In this document: piece by piece, positions 17,788 to 26,509 of the stretch
How positions within the stretch are numbered: the first letter of the stretch is position 1
How the letters are laid out: each line of letters begins with the position of its first letter
Virus record (IMG/VR): IMGVR_UViG_3300046674_000532
Strand: one strand, 5' to 3'
Source of the DNA: a virus
Length of the DNA stretch: 64,000 bases
Translations under genes and position numbers: made by a program
The notes under the pieces: model-generated
Databases searched by the model: none
Told to the model about the DNA's origin: nothing
What the model saw: only the letters and a program-made list of their open reading frames with translations

Positions 17788-18441
17788 ATGGCCAGCCGCA
17801 TCACCTACCGAGGCCGCGTCTGCAAGGTGCTCGCCGCCCGAGGCAAGCCCTACCACCGCAAAATGGTCATCAACGGCTACACCATCAACCACGGCTGGCA
17901 GGGCAACGACGACCAGGCCATCAACTGGTTCCGGACGGTCATCGACCTGATGGACGCCGCCGGCGGGCCCGGCAACAGCGCCGAACGCCTCCACTACACC
18001 GCCCCGCACTGGTGGGAGCCCGGCACCTTCGACGTCAACCCCAACGGCGACGCCACCCAGCCCGGCGGCGTCTGCCTCTGCTCCCGGTGCGTCATCGCCG
18101 ACGTCGACGGCGGCAAAGCCCGCTTCGCGCCCCTCCACCCCGACGCCTGCCAGCACTGCCACCAGCGCGCCGACGGCCACGACGACGACGTCCACCTGGA
18201 ATGGCACCGCTACACCGAACCCACCGAGCAGCAGCGGACCGGTCGGCAGGCCACCGTCGACGAGTTCCAGCAGGACGACGACCCCGACGAAACCATGTGC
18301 GACGCGATCTATCACCGCACGATCCGCGGCTACCTCAGCCCGCCGCGCTGCCTGTGCTTCGCCGACCACCGCGACGCCAACAACCCCGACTTCCACGAAG
18401 ACGCCCGCGGCTTCCGCTGGGCCCGCACCATCCCCGCCTGA
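17788..18441 (+). CDS. Cys/His-rich hypothetical protein
   Basis: ORF track 217 aa; AAGGA upstream of ATG. Confidence 0.65.
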   Translation: MASRITYRGRVCKVLAARGKPYHRKMVINGYTINHGWQGNDDQAINWFRTVIDLMDAAGGPGNSAERLHYTAPHWWEPGTFDVNPNGDATQPGGVCLCSRCVIADVDGGKARFAPLHPDACQHCHQRADGHDDDVHLEWHRYTEPTEQQRTGRQATVDEFQQDDDPDETMCDAIYHRTIRGYLSPPRCLCFADHRDANNPDFHEDARGFRWARTIPA

Positions 18442-18447
18442 CCCCCG

Positions 18448-18471
18448 GCCCCCGCCCACCCGGGCGGGGGC
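18448..18471 (+). terminator. GC-rich stem-loop
   Basis: GCCCCCGCCC accc GGGCGGGGGC, perfect 10-bp stem; right arm shares CCGGGCGGGGGCAA with 17701 hairpin. Confidence 0.55.
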
Positions 18472-18534
18472 AAGCCCACGCCCAAACCGGGCCACGCTAG
18501 AACACCCAGCCTCCACGCCCCTGGGAGCAGCCCC

Positions 18535-18936
18535 ATGACCGGCCCAACCCCGCCCTACCTGATCCCCGTCCGCCGGTCCGCCGTCCCCGGATACGGCATG
18601 CAGGGCCTGTGCCCGCAATGCCGCGACTGGACCGGCATCTGGCCGCACGACCACCCCCACGGCGCGGGCCGCCTCGACAACCACGCCACCGAGAAGGGCT
18701 CGTACTGCCCGATGTCCCGAACGGTCATCACCAACGAGGCCGCCATCGCACGCGACAGCCAGCTCAACCCCCAAGAACAGGCCGCGTACAACGCCACCGC
18801 GAAACGTCTGCACGGCTGCCGAGGCCCGCGCCTCGACGAAAACTGCTGGCACCCCGCCTGCCACCAGGCCGTCGCGAAGGGTCTCGTCTGGACGCTCGAC
18901 GGCTGGAAGCCGGCCACCCGCATCGCCCTGTTCTGA
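18535..18936 (+). CDS. Cys-rich hypothetical protein
   Basis: ORF track 133 aa. Confidence 0.6.
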   Translation: MTGPTPPYLIPVRRSAVPGYGMQGLCPQCRDWTGIWPHDHPHGAGRLDNHATEKGSYCPMSRTVITNEAAIARDSQLNPQEQAAYNATAKRLHGCRGPRLDENCWHPACHQAVAKGLVWTLDGWKPATRIALF

Positions 18937-18956
18937 CACCCGGGAGGACCCGACCC

Positions 18957-19496
18957 ATGACCGACCCCACTCCGCAGCCCACCATCCGCGAACAGCTACT
19001 GAACGCCCTGGACTTCTCCTACTGCCAGGGCCTCGGCTACGGCACGCCGGAGGAACTCGTGGCCGCCTACGACGCGACGCTGCTCCCGCCCACCGACGAG
19101 GCCGCGCTCCGTGACCGCATCGCCGCAGCCATCGACGGCGTCTTCACCCGCTGGCAGACCGGCCTCGGCAACCAGCGCCCGCAGGACGCCATCCGCGACG
19201 CGGTGCTGGCCGTGCTGACCGCGCCCACTGACCGGGCCGCGATCCTGCGGGAAGCCGCCGACTGGTTCGACCGGTACGACGTGGACTCCGCGCGGGAGCT
19301 GCGCCGCCTGGCCCACGAGGCGCAGCAGCCCGAGACACAAGCGCTCCGGATGCCGCGCTGCCCCCGCTGCATCCACGACGAGCGCACGCGCGCCGTCCTC
19401 CAGCAGTCAGCGATGGAGCTGTACCCACCGGACCACGACCCCAACTGCCCGCACCACCAGCCTGCCGCCGTAGCCCAGCCCGACGGGGAGGCCTGA
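18957..19496 (+). CDS. hypothetical protein
   Basis: frame of track ORF 18609..19496; ATG 18957 after GGGAGGA. Confidence 0.6.
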   Translation: MTDPTPQPTIREQLLNALDFSYCQGLGYGTPEELVAAYDATLLPPTDEAALRDRIAAAIDGVFTRWQTGLGNQRPQDAIRDAVLAVLTAPTDRAAILREAADWFDRYDVDSARELRRLAHEAQQPETQALRMPRCPRCIHDERTRAVLQQSAMELYPPDHDPNCPHHQPAAVAQPDGEA

Positions 19497-19499
19497 CCC

Positions 19500-19670
19500 A
19501 TGGCCACACGTAGTGGAGGCTTCACCGGGATCAGCCTGGCGGGCCGGTGGGAATGCGGCGGCTGCGGCGCGTCCGGCGACGGCTGGTACGACGAGGACGA
19601 CGGCCTCGTCCTGAACGACGAGAACGGCCAGCCCTTCGCCCCCGACGAGCACGAGTGTGGGGAGGGCTGA
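19500..19670 (+). CDS. acidic Cys-containing micro-protein (56 aa)
   Basis: below track cutoff; MATRSGGFTGISLAGRWECGGCGASGDGWYDEDD...; GC3-rich; 3 nt after upstream stop. Confidence 0.45.
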   Translation: MATRSGGFTGISLAGRWECGGCGASGDGWYDEDDGLVLNDENGQPFAPDEHECGEG

Positions 19671-19672
19671 CC

Positions 19673-19960
19673 GTGGCCGCCGTAGCCCTGCCGATCCCCG
19701 TCGTCGTGACCCGCCACCAGTGCCCGTTCTGCGGGATCACCCGGGCGAAGCGGTCCGCAATGGTCGCGCACATCGCCCGCTGCTGGCACAACCCGGCCGC
19801 CCGCGCCTGCAAGACGTGCGTGCACTACACGCCACCCGAGGATGGACCGTACCCGCAGCACCCCGACTGGCCCGAGGACTGCTCGGCCGGGCAGCTCATC
19901 GGCGACCTACCCAACAGCAACTGCCCGAGCTGGCAGTCCGGCACGGAGGCCACCTCATGA
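19673..19960 (+). CDS. Cys-rich (zinc-finger-like) protein
   Basis: frame of track ORF 19547..19960; GTG 19673; CPFCG...H..ARCWH...CKTC. Confidence 0.55.
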   Translation: MAAVALPIPVVVTRHQCPFCGITRAKRSAMVAHIARCWHNPAARACKTCVHYTPPEDGPYPQHPDWPEDCSAGQLIGDLPNSNCPSWQSGTEATS

Positions 19961-20271
19961 TCTGGCTCGTCGTCGCGGCCGCGGTCCTGGCCGGCTACGG
20001 CATCGGCCGCTACCGGCCCGGCCACCGCGCCTCCAACTGGGCGTACTGGAGGCAGTACGACCGGACCATCCGCCGCCACAGCACCCGCTGGTGGGCCCGG
20101 TGGGCCGTCCTGTCCGCGGAGAACATCGGCTGGCTGACCACCCACCCCATCCGCGGCTGGCACGCCTGGCAGCACCGCAACGACCCGCCCCGCAGCCCCG
20201 CACCCACCTTCGACCCCGCCTGGGCCGCCAAACGCCGCGCAGCCGCGGCCGCCGAGAAAGAGGGCGCCTGA
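19957..20271 (+). CDS. membrane-anchored Trp/Arg-rich protein
   Basis: frame of track ORF 19657..20271; ATG 19957 (ATGA overlap); N-terminal TM MIWLVVAAAVLAGYGIG. Confidence 0.55.
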   Translation: MIWLVVAAAVLAGYGIGRYRPGHRASNWAYWRQYDRTIRRHSTRWWARWAVLSAENIGWLTTHPIRGWHAWQHRNDPPRSPAPTFDPAWAAKRRAAAAAEKEGA

Positions 20272-20390
20272 TGGCCGACGTCCTCACCGGCCTCGGCCTG
20301 GGCGGCTTCATCATCGCCGTCACGTTCCTCGCGACCGTCGACTGGATCCACCCCGGCCCGCACACCGCCCCCGAAAGGACCCGCCCGTGA
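20271..20390 (+). CDS. single-TM micro-protein (39 aa)
   Basis: 3' end of track ORF 19842..20390; ATG 20271 overlaps upstream stop; MADVLTGLGLGGFIIAVTFLATVDW. Confidence 0.4.
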   Translation: MADVLTGLGLGGFIIAVTFLATVDWIHPGPHTAPERTRP

Positions 20391-20989
20391 CCAACCCGGA
20401 CGACCCGGCATGGCGGTGGGAGTTCCGCGGCGAAGACTTCGTGTACGCCCGCCTCGCCGAAGCCCAGACCGCCGCCGAACATCTGCCCGCCAGCGAAGCC
20501 CGCGAGACGGAACTCAACCGGATCGACTCCCTCTACCTCATCGCCAGCCAGCACAACATCTGGATCGACGCCCGCGGCCGATCCCACGCCGCCTGCCTCA
20601 CCTGCGGCGGTGCCGCAGGCGTCCCCTGCACCACCATGTGCGGCCTCGCCCGCCTCTGGCGCACCCACCCCGACTACGTGCCGGCCTGGAACCAGACCAT
20701 CGACAACCCCCGCCACCGGGGCAGCATCTACGCCGACTACGTGAAGCGCACCACGATCTGCCAGGAACGCAAAACCGAACTCGACGCCTTCTACGACCGC
20801 TTCGACCTCGAGCAGGCCGACGGCGGAGAGCGGTGGCGGTGCAAGGCGTGCGGTGCCCACGGCGAGACGTGGAAGCCGATACCTGGCGCCTACGACTACC
20901 CCCACGCGATCGGCACCGCGAAGCACCGGCACCCCGCCTGTGACCAGTCCGCCCTCGAGAACAAGGAGCCCACCACGTGCGAGCCCTGA
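20387..20989 (+). CDS. Cys-rich hypothetical protein
   Basis: ORF track 200 aa; GTG overlaps upstream stop. Confidence 0.6.
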   Translation: MTNPDDPAWRWEFRGEDFVYARLAEAQTAAEHLPASEARETELNRIDSLYLIASQHNIWIDARGRSHAACLTCGGAAGVPCTTMCGLARLWRTHPDYVPAWNQTIDNPRHRGSIYADYVKRTTICQERKTELDAFYDRFDLEQADGGERWRCKACGAHGETWKPIPGAYDYPHAIGTAKHRHPACDQSALENKEPTTCEP

Positions 20990-21387
20990 CCGTGAAGTTC
21001 CCGTGGAGTGCGGCCATCGCGCACGGGGAGAAGCGCATCGAGAACCGCCGCAAGCCGATCCCACCGAAGCACCTCGGGACGACCATCCTCATCCACGCCG
21101 GCGCCGCCGAAGACGAGAACGCCCTCCCCGCCGACACGATCCGGGACTGGCCCCGGCACTTCTCCGCGATCGTCGCCGTCGCCACCCTCGCCGACTGCCA
21201 CCAGGCTGCCAAGCCGCGCTGCTGCGCCCCGTGGGGATTCCCCGACACCTGGCACTGGGTCCTCGATGACGTCCAGGCCATCCCGCACCCGCCCCGACCG
21301 GTCCGCGGCCAACTGGGCCTGTGGACCGTACCCGACGACGTCCTGGCCGCCGTACAGCGGAAGGTCCAGCTGGAGGTTGCACCGTGA
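20977..21387 (+). CDS. ASCH-domain-like protein
   Basis: ORF track 136 aa; MRALTVKFPWSAAIAHGEKRIENRRKPIP...GQLGLW matches the ASCH beta-barrel pattern. Confidence 0.65.
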   Translation: MRALTVKFPWSAAIAHGEKRIENRRKPIPPKHLGTTILIHAGAAEDENALPADTIRDWPRHFSAIVAVATLADCHQAAKPRCCAPWGFPDTWHWVLDDVQAIPHPPRPVRGQLGLWTVPDDVLAAVQRKVQLEVAP

Positions 21388-22316
21388 GCGGGAAGAACGA
21401 GGCACGGGAGCTGCTCCTCGACCTGATCGGCGCGGCAGACGCCGCGAACCAAGGAACCACCCCCGAGCAGGCCGTCGACGACGCCATCCACGAGGCGCTC
21501 CTCAACCAGCCTGCGCTGCGTACCTGCCTGGTTCCTGGCTGCCTCCGCCAGTACGACGCCATCACCACCATGACCGGCGAGACCCCGCCACGGCCCGAAT
21601 GGTCCGGGAAGGGATGGGCCACGCTCGGGTCCGGCAGCATCTTCCCCGCAGGCGGTCACATCTGCCCCGACCACAAGCCGTTGGTCACCGACCACTTCCC
21701 CCGCCGCCTGAAGCTCCCCAGCGACCGCTGGAGCGTCGATTGCGCGTGCGGCTGGACACCAGCACCGCAGACCTGGCACGGCGTCCTCCGCGCCCTGTGG
21801 GAGCAGCATCTGCTCACCGTGGACGGGAAGCTGCCCCCGGCGCCGCCGCTCACGGACCCTGAGCACCGGATCCCCCTTGCCGAGCACACCGAAGCGACGC
21901 TGGCCGAGCTGTACGACCGGCTGTGGGACGCCGAAGCGGACCAGCAGGAGACCCGCGACGTCGCCCGCGCCTGCATGGTCACCTACACGGTCGCCGTCCC
22001 CGCCCTCCTGGGCGTCAAGACATCCCTCGAAGCCCTCCGCACCCGCATCACCCTCGACTCCCGCGACTGGACCGCCGACAAAGTCGATGCCCTGCTCTAC
22101 GCCGTCCTCGTCGGAGCGAACTGCGAGGACGACACCCCCGGGCACGTCCACAACGACATCGACTGCGCCAGCGACCAGGGCCTGTGGGACCTCGCGAAGC
22201 AGCACGACATCCCCACCGACCAGACCATCCAGGCCAGCCACCACCGCTGGTGGGTCGCCAACGCCATCAAGGCCGCCACCCAGATCGAGGACGCCAACAA
22301 GCCGAAGGAGAGCTGA
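21384..22316 (+). CDS. hypothetical protein
   Basis: frame of track ORF 21321..22316; GTG 21384 (GTGA overlap). Confidence 0.6.
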   Translation: MSGKNEARELLLDLIGAADAANQGTTPEQAVDDAIHEALLNQPALRTCLVPGCLRQYDAITTMTGETPPRPEWSGKGWATLGSGSIFPAGGHICPDHKPLVTDHFPRRLKLPSDRWSVDCACGWTPAPQTWHGVLRALWEQHLLTVDGKLPPAPPLTDPEHRIPLAEHTEATLAELYDRLWDAEADQQETRDVARACMVTYTVAVPALLGVKTSLEALRTRITLDSRDWTADKVDALLYAVLVGANCEDDTPGHVHNDIDCASDQGLWDLAKQHDIPTDQTIQASHHRWWVANAIKAATQIEDANKPKES

Positions 22317-22318
22317 CC

Positions 22319-22696
22319 GTGCCCGAACAGCCCTGCCCGTTCTGCGAGATCAACACCGGTCGCGCGCCCGCCAAGTTCGTGGCCGAGTGGTCCGACGCAA
22401 TCGCGATCGTCCCGCACAACCCCGTGGTCGTCGGACACACCCTGATCATTCCCAAGACCCACGTCACCGACTTCGCGGACGACCCCGAGGTAACCGGAGC
22501 GACCGTGCGACGGGCAGCGCAACTCTGCCGCGACCTCGACCTGGTCCACGCCAACCTCATCACCAGCAAGGGCGTGCACGCCACGCAGTCCGTGTTCCAC
22601 CTTCACGTTCACCTCGTTCCTCGAGCGGCGAACGACGGCCTGGCCCTGCCCTGGTACAGCGGCCGCAGCAGCAAGACCACGGAGGGAACCCGATGA
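22319..22696 (+). CDS. HIT-family (histidine triad) nucleotide hydrolase/transferase
   Basis: frame of track ORF 21923..22696; GTG 22319; CPFC zinc motif and HLHVHLVP histidine triad. Confidence 0.8.
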   Translation: MPEQPCPFCEINTGRAPAKFVAEWSDAIAIVPHNPVVVGHTLIIPKTHVTDFADDPEVTGATVRRAAQLCRDLDLVHANLITSKGVHATQSVFHLHVHLVPRAANDGLALPWYSGRSSKTTEGTR

Positions 22697-23259
22697 CCGA
22701 CCACGAAAGCGTGCTCAGCGCGCAGGACCCCGAGAATGTCGCCATCACCGCCAACACGATCCAGGACTCCCTGCTGTCGATCCCGGTGGGCAACAGCCAG
22801 CCCCTCGTCACCATCCATCCGGACGGCCGGCTCGAGTTCGGCGACGACTACCAGCCCGACGAGGCCGCGCAACTCTTCTGGCAGGCCGTGCAACGCTTCG
22901 CCCCCACACAGATGGAGCAGCAGTTCGGCAAGCCCCTCGCGGCCCGCATCGACGCCGAACTGGCCGCCGGGGAGCGCGCGCAGCAGTGGGTGGAGGCCCT
23001 CACCGAGGCCGTCGTCCTGTGGCGAAACCGGCCGGGCGGCGACGTCGGCCTCGCCATCGCCCTCTCCGGCATCCTCGACACGGACAAGCCCGACCCGCCC
23101 GCCGCGACCGCACTGGTGCGGGTGCTGAAGGAGTGCGACCGCATCGAGCGCGCGGTGAAGAGCAGGCCGACCAGCCCGGACTTCGACGGCGCGTACCTGG
23201 CCTGCCTGCGCCGCATCCGCCAGGCCGCTGGCGTCCTGCCCGCCGACGAGGAGGACTGA
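22693..23259 (+). CDS. hypothetical protein
   Basis: frame of track ORF 21877..23259; ATG 22693 (ATGA overlap). Confidence 0.6.
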   Translation: MTDHESVLSAQDPENVAITANTIQDSLLSIPVGNSQPLVTIHPDGRLEFGDDYQPDEAAQLFWQAVQRFAPTQMEQQFGKPLAARIDAELAAGERAQQWVEALTEAVVLWRNRPGGDVGLAIALSGILDTDKPDPPAATALVRVLKECDRIERAVKSRPTSPDFDGAYLACLRRIRQAAGVLPADEED

Positions 23260-23260
23260 C

Positions 23261-24046
23261 GTGGTGATGATCAATGGGCGGGAGTACTGGAGCACCCGCA
23301 CCCCGACCAAGACCGGCTTCGCCGTCGCCTTCCCCCGCACAAACCCACGCCGCGCCGAGCCCGCAACCACAGCCCAACGACGCCGAGACGACCGCATCGC
23401 CGACCGGATGCAGGATGAGCGGATCGTCACCCTGGAGGCAGGCACGCTGGTGGTCTTCCAGCGGTCCGCGTATCGCGTGGTGGAGGTCCGGGAGATCCCG
23501 CCGGACCTGTGGGGCGAGAAGTGGGACCAGGCCTTCGAGAAGGAACTGGGCCGATGGGACTCCTGGAAGCTGGACGCCCACCCGTTGGACAAGCGCCCGT
23601 GGGGCGACCGGCCCACAGCGGAGACGTGGCGGGACAGGCCCGTCAGCGTCGTCCTGCGACCCGACCCTGACGGTCAGGCCGCCGTCTCCACCGTGACGCT
23701 CGCCTGGGGCGCCCCGGAGGCCTGCGACACCGTGTCCACGGAGGCGCTGTCGTCGACGCCGTGGTCGGGGGACAGGGCGAACTTGTACGCGAGCGCGGGC
23801 AGTGACTCCGCCCCGAACAGGCTCTTCAGCCGCTCGAGGTGCCGGGTCAGTGTCCGCACCCCGAACCCGAGCCGGGACGCGGTCGCGGTCTGGGGGCGGC
23901 CGGCGACCATGTCCCGCAGTATCTCCCGGTCCAGCCGTGTCGTCCGCACCTCGCACGCCGCGACGGGCGCCGTATCCGGTATGCGGGGCTCCCCCGACCA
24001 AGGGCGGGCCTGGTGCCAGATGTCGGCGTACACGCGGGCCATGTAG
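23261..24046 (+). CDS. hypothetical protein; last about 370 nt lie antisense to the LuxR-type gene
   Basis: ORF track 261 aa; starts 2 nt after upstream stop; N-terminal 135 aa look like a normal W/K/E/F-containing protein; no stop before 24046. Confidence 0.5.
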   Translation: MVMINGREYWSTRTPTKTGFAVAFPRTNPRRAEPATTAQRRRDDRIADRMQDERIVTLEAGTLVVFQRSAYRVVEVREIPPDLWGEKWDQAFEKELGRWDSWKLDAHPLDKRPWGDRPTAETWRDRPVSVVLRPDPDGQAAVSTVTLAWGAPEACDTVSTEALSSTPWSGDRANLYASAGSDSAPNRLFSRSRCRVSVRTPNPSRDAVAVWGRPATMSRSISRSSRVVRTSHAATGAVSGMRGSPDQGRAWCQMSAYTRAM

Positions 24047-24777
24047 GCGACGACCGCCCGGTCCGTGACATGCCACGCCGCATGAGCAGCGGAGCCTTCG
24101 ACCACATAGTCGGAGATGAATGCGTGCCGCCGGTCCACGATGATGATCCGCTCAAAGGGTGCGAGGAGCGTCCGGTACTCGGCTCCCTCCGCGGCCATCG
24201 TCCGCGCCCACTCCTGCGTCACCTCATCGTCCCGGACGGTGTCCCGGTACAGGGTCTGGCACCGGATCCCGCGCCGTAAAGCGTCGGTGTCCCGGCGGAC
24301 CGCGGTCAGCATGTTGGCCCGCGAGCGGGGGCCGTTGGGCTGCGCCGACAGGATCTCCGAACGTGCCGCACCGACCACGTCCTGGATCCGGGCGTTGACC
24401 GTCTCCGGATCGGGAAGGAACTGCGCACCGCCGGAGGAACGTTCCGCCGACCTTTCGAACTCCACCGACAACTGGTCCTGCACCGCCGGGAGTGCGGCGA
24501 TCTGCGCCAGCCTCGATGCGGCGGCCGCCAACTGCGCCGCCGTGTGCCGGGCCATCGCCGGCCCCGGCTCCAACGCCACCCACACCTCAGGATGATCCGC
24601 ATCCCGGACCACCAGACCCAGCGCCTGGAGCTTCGCCAACTCCGGGCCCCGGCCCCACTCCTCGCCCCCCAGCCCCTCACACCGGGCGATCCGCCCATAC
24701 AGGCGCACCTCGGCACCCGTCAGAAACGAATCCAGCCCCTCCATGCCTGTCTGGGCAGGCGTGTTGCCCGATCTCAT
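23674..24777 (-). CDS. LuxR-family transcriptional regulator with about 290-aa N-terminal sensor/winged-helix region
   Basis: frame of track ORF 23674..24831; C-terminal LDREILRDMVAGRPQTATASRLGFGVRTLTRHLERLKSLFG is a LuxR/GerE HTH; ATG 24777 (GGGGGA upstream) preferred, alt 24744 or 24831. Confidence 0.7.
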   Translation of the reverse strand: MRSGNTPAQTGMEGLDSFLTGAEVRLYGRIARCEGLGGEEWGRGPELAKLQALGLVVRDADHPEVWVALEPGPAMARHTAAQLAAAASRLAQIAALPAVQDQLSVEFERSAERSSGGAQFLPDPETVNARIQDVVGAARSEILSAQPNGPRSRANMLTAVRRDTDALRRGIRCQTLYRDTVRDDEVTQEWARTMAAEGAEYRTLLAPFERIIIVDRRHAFISDYVVEGSAAHAAWHVTDRAVVAYMARVYADIWHQARPWSGEPRIPDTAPVAACEVRTTRLDREILRDMVAGRPQTATASRLGFGVRTLTRHLERLKSLFGAESLPALAYKFALSPDHGVDDSASVDTVSQASGAPQASVTVETAA

Positions 24778-25033
24778 CCTTGAATGTCCCCCGACAGTCG
24801 TGGCGTATGAGCGCCAGGCGTGTATACGCAAGCCCTGATGGTTGAGAGTTGTAACTCCGATACGAAAGGCTACCTGCGGGGCGCCCCCCTGACGCCCGTA
24901 CGACAGATCCTTCCCTCACACCCCATGCGTCTACTGCCAGAACCGCATCCGGTATGGGGATCGCAGCAGGATCCGGAGCACGGCACCCAGGGACGGCGCC
25001 CCAAAACCTTCCCAGCGTTGAAGGGACACGACC

Positions 25034-25279
25034 GTGAAGCCTCGCCCACGCTCTCGCCGTCTGCGCCGCGCCCTCGCCGGCCTCACCCTTACCCTCACCC
25101 TCGCCGCAGGCGCCGTCCTCACCGGCGGCAGCATCCTCACCCCAGCCTCCGGCACCGCCTGGGGTGCCCCCGGCACCGACGACACCGCCTGGGGAACCCC
25201 GCCCACCGACGAACCCGACCCGGGCACCGGCGACGACGGCAGCCCGGCCATCACCCCCTTCGACACCGCCTGGGGCTGA
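25034..25279 (+). CDS. secreted small protein with three (D/G)TAWG repeats
   Basis: ORF track 81 aa; GTG with GAAGGGA RBS; basic n-region RSRRLRRAL plus hydrophobic core LTLTLTLAAGAVL plus PASG; TAWG at predicted mature N-terminus, internally, and as the last 4 residues; exact DNA 12-mer CACCGCCTGGGG x3. Confidence 0.6.
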   Translation: MKPRPRSRRLRRALAGLTLTLTLAAGAVLTGGSILTPASGTAWGAPGTDDTAWGTPPTDEPDPGTGDDGSPAITPFDTAWG

Positions 25280-25302
25280 CCGACCCGGCCCCCGCACGGA
25301 CC

Positions 25303-25336
25303 GGCCCGGCAGCGCGCCCCCAGCGCCTGCCGGGCC
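25303..25336 (+). terminator. stem-loop after the secreted-peptide gene
   Basis: GGCCCGGCAG / CTGCCGGGCC perfect 10-bp stem, 14-nt loop, followed by TTCGT. Confidence 0.6.
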
Positions 25337-25386
25337 TTCGTAGTACCCGGGGGAACGTCAGCCGGATTCTGCGGCAGCGTAGAGAC

Positions 25387-25830
25387 ATGGCCCCTTCCCC
25401 CAGCCCCAAGCGCCCCGCCGAGGAATCCAACCTCGTCGCCCACGCACGCCGCGAACTCCGCATCATCGGCGAAGACTCCGACACCATCACCGGCCTGTGC
25501 CGCGTCATCCGCGCCTTCGCCGACATGGGGCACTCCGGGAGCAGCGCCCACTTCGCCAGCCTCTACCTCGACAAGCTCCTGCGCTACCAGCCGCTCTCCG
25601 AACTCACCGACGACCCCGCCGAGTGGATCGACCGGCACGCCGAGGGCTTGACGCCCACTCCGCTCTGGCAGTCCCACCGGAACCCAGAAGCCTTCTCCTC
25701 CAACGGCGGCAAGACGTACTACCTGCTCTCCGAGCAGGAAGCGGCTGGGAACATCGCCACGACGCCTCTTCACCGCTCCAAGTCCGCAGACCTTCCTGCC
25801 GAGTCGGACGAGCCGGCGGACGACGTCTGA
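25387..25830 (+). CDS. hypothetical protein
   Basis: frame of track ORF 24820..25830; ATG 25387; MAPSPSPKRPAEESNLVAHARRELRIIGED... Confidence 0.6.
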   Translation: MAPSPSPKRPAEESNLVAHARRELRIIGEDSDTITGLCRVIRAFADMGHSGSSAHFASLYLDKLLRYQPLSELTDDPAEWIDRHAEGLTPTPLWQSHRNPEAFSSNGGKTYYLLSEQEAAGNIATTPLHRSKSADLPAESDEPADDV

Positions 25831-26072
25831 TGGCCAGCGAGACGGTCACCTTGCCCATCGCCGAGTTCAACGTCAGCGGCCCTGCCCTGTTCTACCTATG
25901 CACACAGGAATACGACGGCGGTCAGACCATTCGACGCGTCGACCTCAGCGCTGCTGAAGGCATCCGCGAGCGCGCCATATGCCGGGCCCTCCTCCACCAC
26001 GCCCTGGCTCTCCTGGACGCCACCGAACCCGCACGCCGAGCGCCCGTCGGCGTCGAAGACCGGAGGCACTGA
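25830..26072 (+). CDS. hypothetical protein
   Basis: frame of track ORF 25497..26072; ATG 25830 overlaps upstream stop. Confidence 0.55.
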   Translation: MASETVTLPIAEFNVSGPALFYLCTQEYDGGQTIRRVDLSAAEGIRERAICRALLHHALALLDATEPARRAPVGVEDRRH

Positions 26073-26509
26073 TGGCCAAGCATCCGAACAGCGAACGCCG
26101 CGAAGCTGTCTGCGCCTGGCTCACTGCCAACGGCATCAACCCAAAGCACGTCCCCGCCGACGCCGACATGATCATCAGCGAAGGCACCGGCGGTCGCTTC
26201 CTGTGCTGCGAAGTATTCGACCTCACCACCGACGGCCACCGCCAGGTCGATGAACACGGCACCGGTGTCGCCGTCACGGTCATCGCCATGCCCATGAAGG
26301 TCGAACCTCCCTCGTGGTGGAAGCCGTACGAGAAACCCACCCGCGACCAGCTCCTGGACGTCGTAGAACAGATCCGGAAACTCGCCCCAGCGTTCGAGTA
26401 CGAAGCCACCGCTGTCGGCCTGGCAGAACCCGCCCGTGAAGTACTGCGGGACGCGTCACGCCGCATTCGGACCGTCCTGAACACCTTGCCCGAGAAGGGG
26501 CCACTCTGA
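26072..26509 (+). CDS. hypothetical protein
   Basis: frame of track ORF 25979..26509; ATG 26072 overlaps upstream stop. Confidence 0.6.
   Translation: MAKHPNSERREAVCAWLTANGINPKHVPADADMIISEGTGGRFLCCEVFDLTTDGHRQVDEHGTGVAVTVIAMPMKVEPPSWWKPYEKPTRDQLLDVVEQIRKLAPAFEYEATAVGLAEPAREVLRDASRRIRTVLNTLPEKGPL

Noticed and set aside
17271-18500. 409-aa plus-strand ORF, extremely Arg/Pro/His-rich
   Set aside because: It is out of phase with better ORFs (17137..17691, 17788..18441) that have normal composition and RBSs. This is a typical shadow frame in GC-rich DNA.
20598-22244. 548-aa minus-strand ORF antisense to the rightward gene block
   Set aside because: It is a Gly/Arg/Val-rich antisense shadow sharing third-codon positions with the plus-strand genes (ASCH, HIT and others), which carry recognisable motifs.
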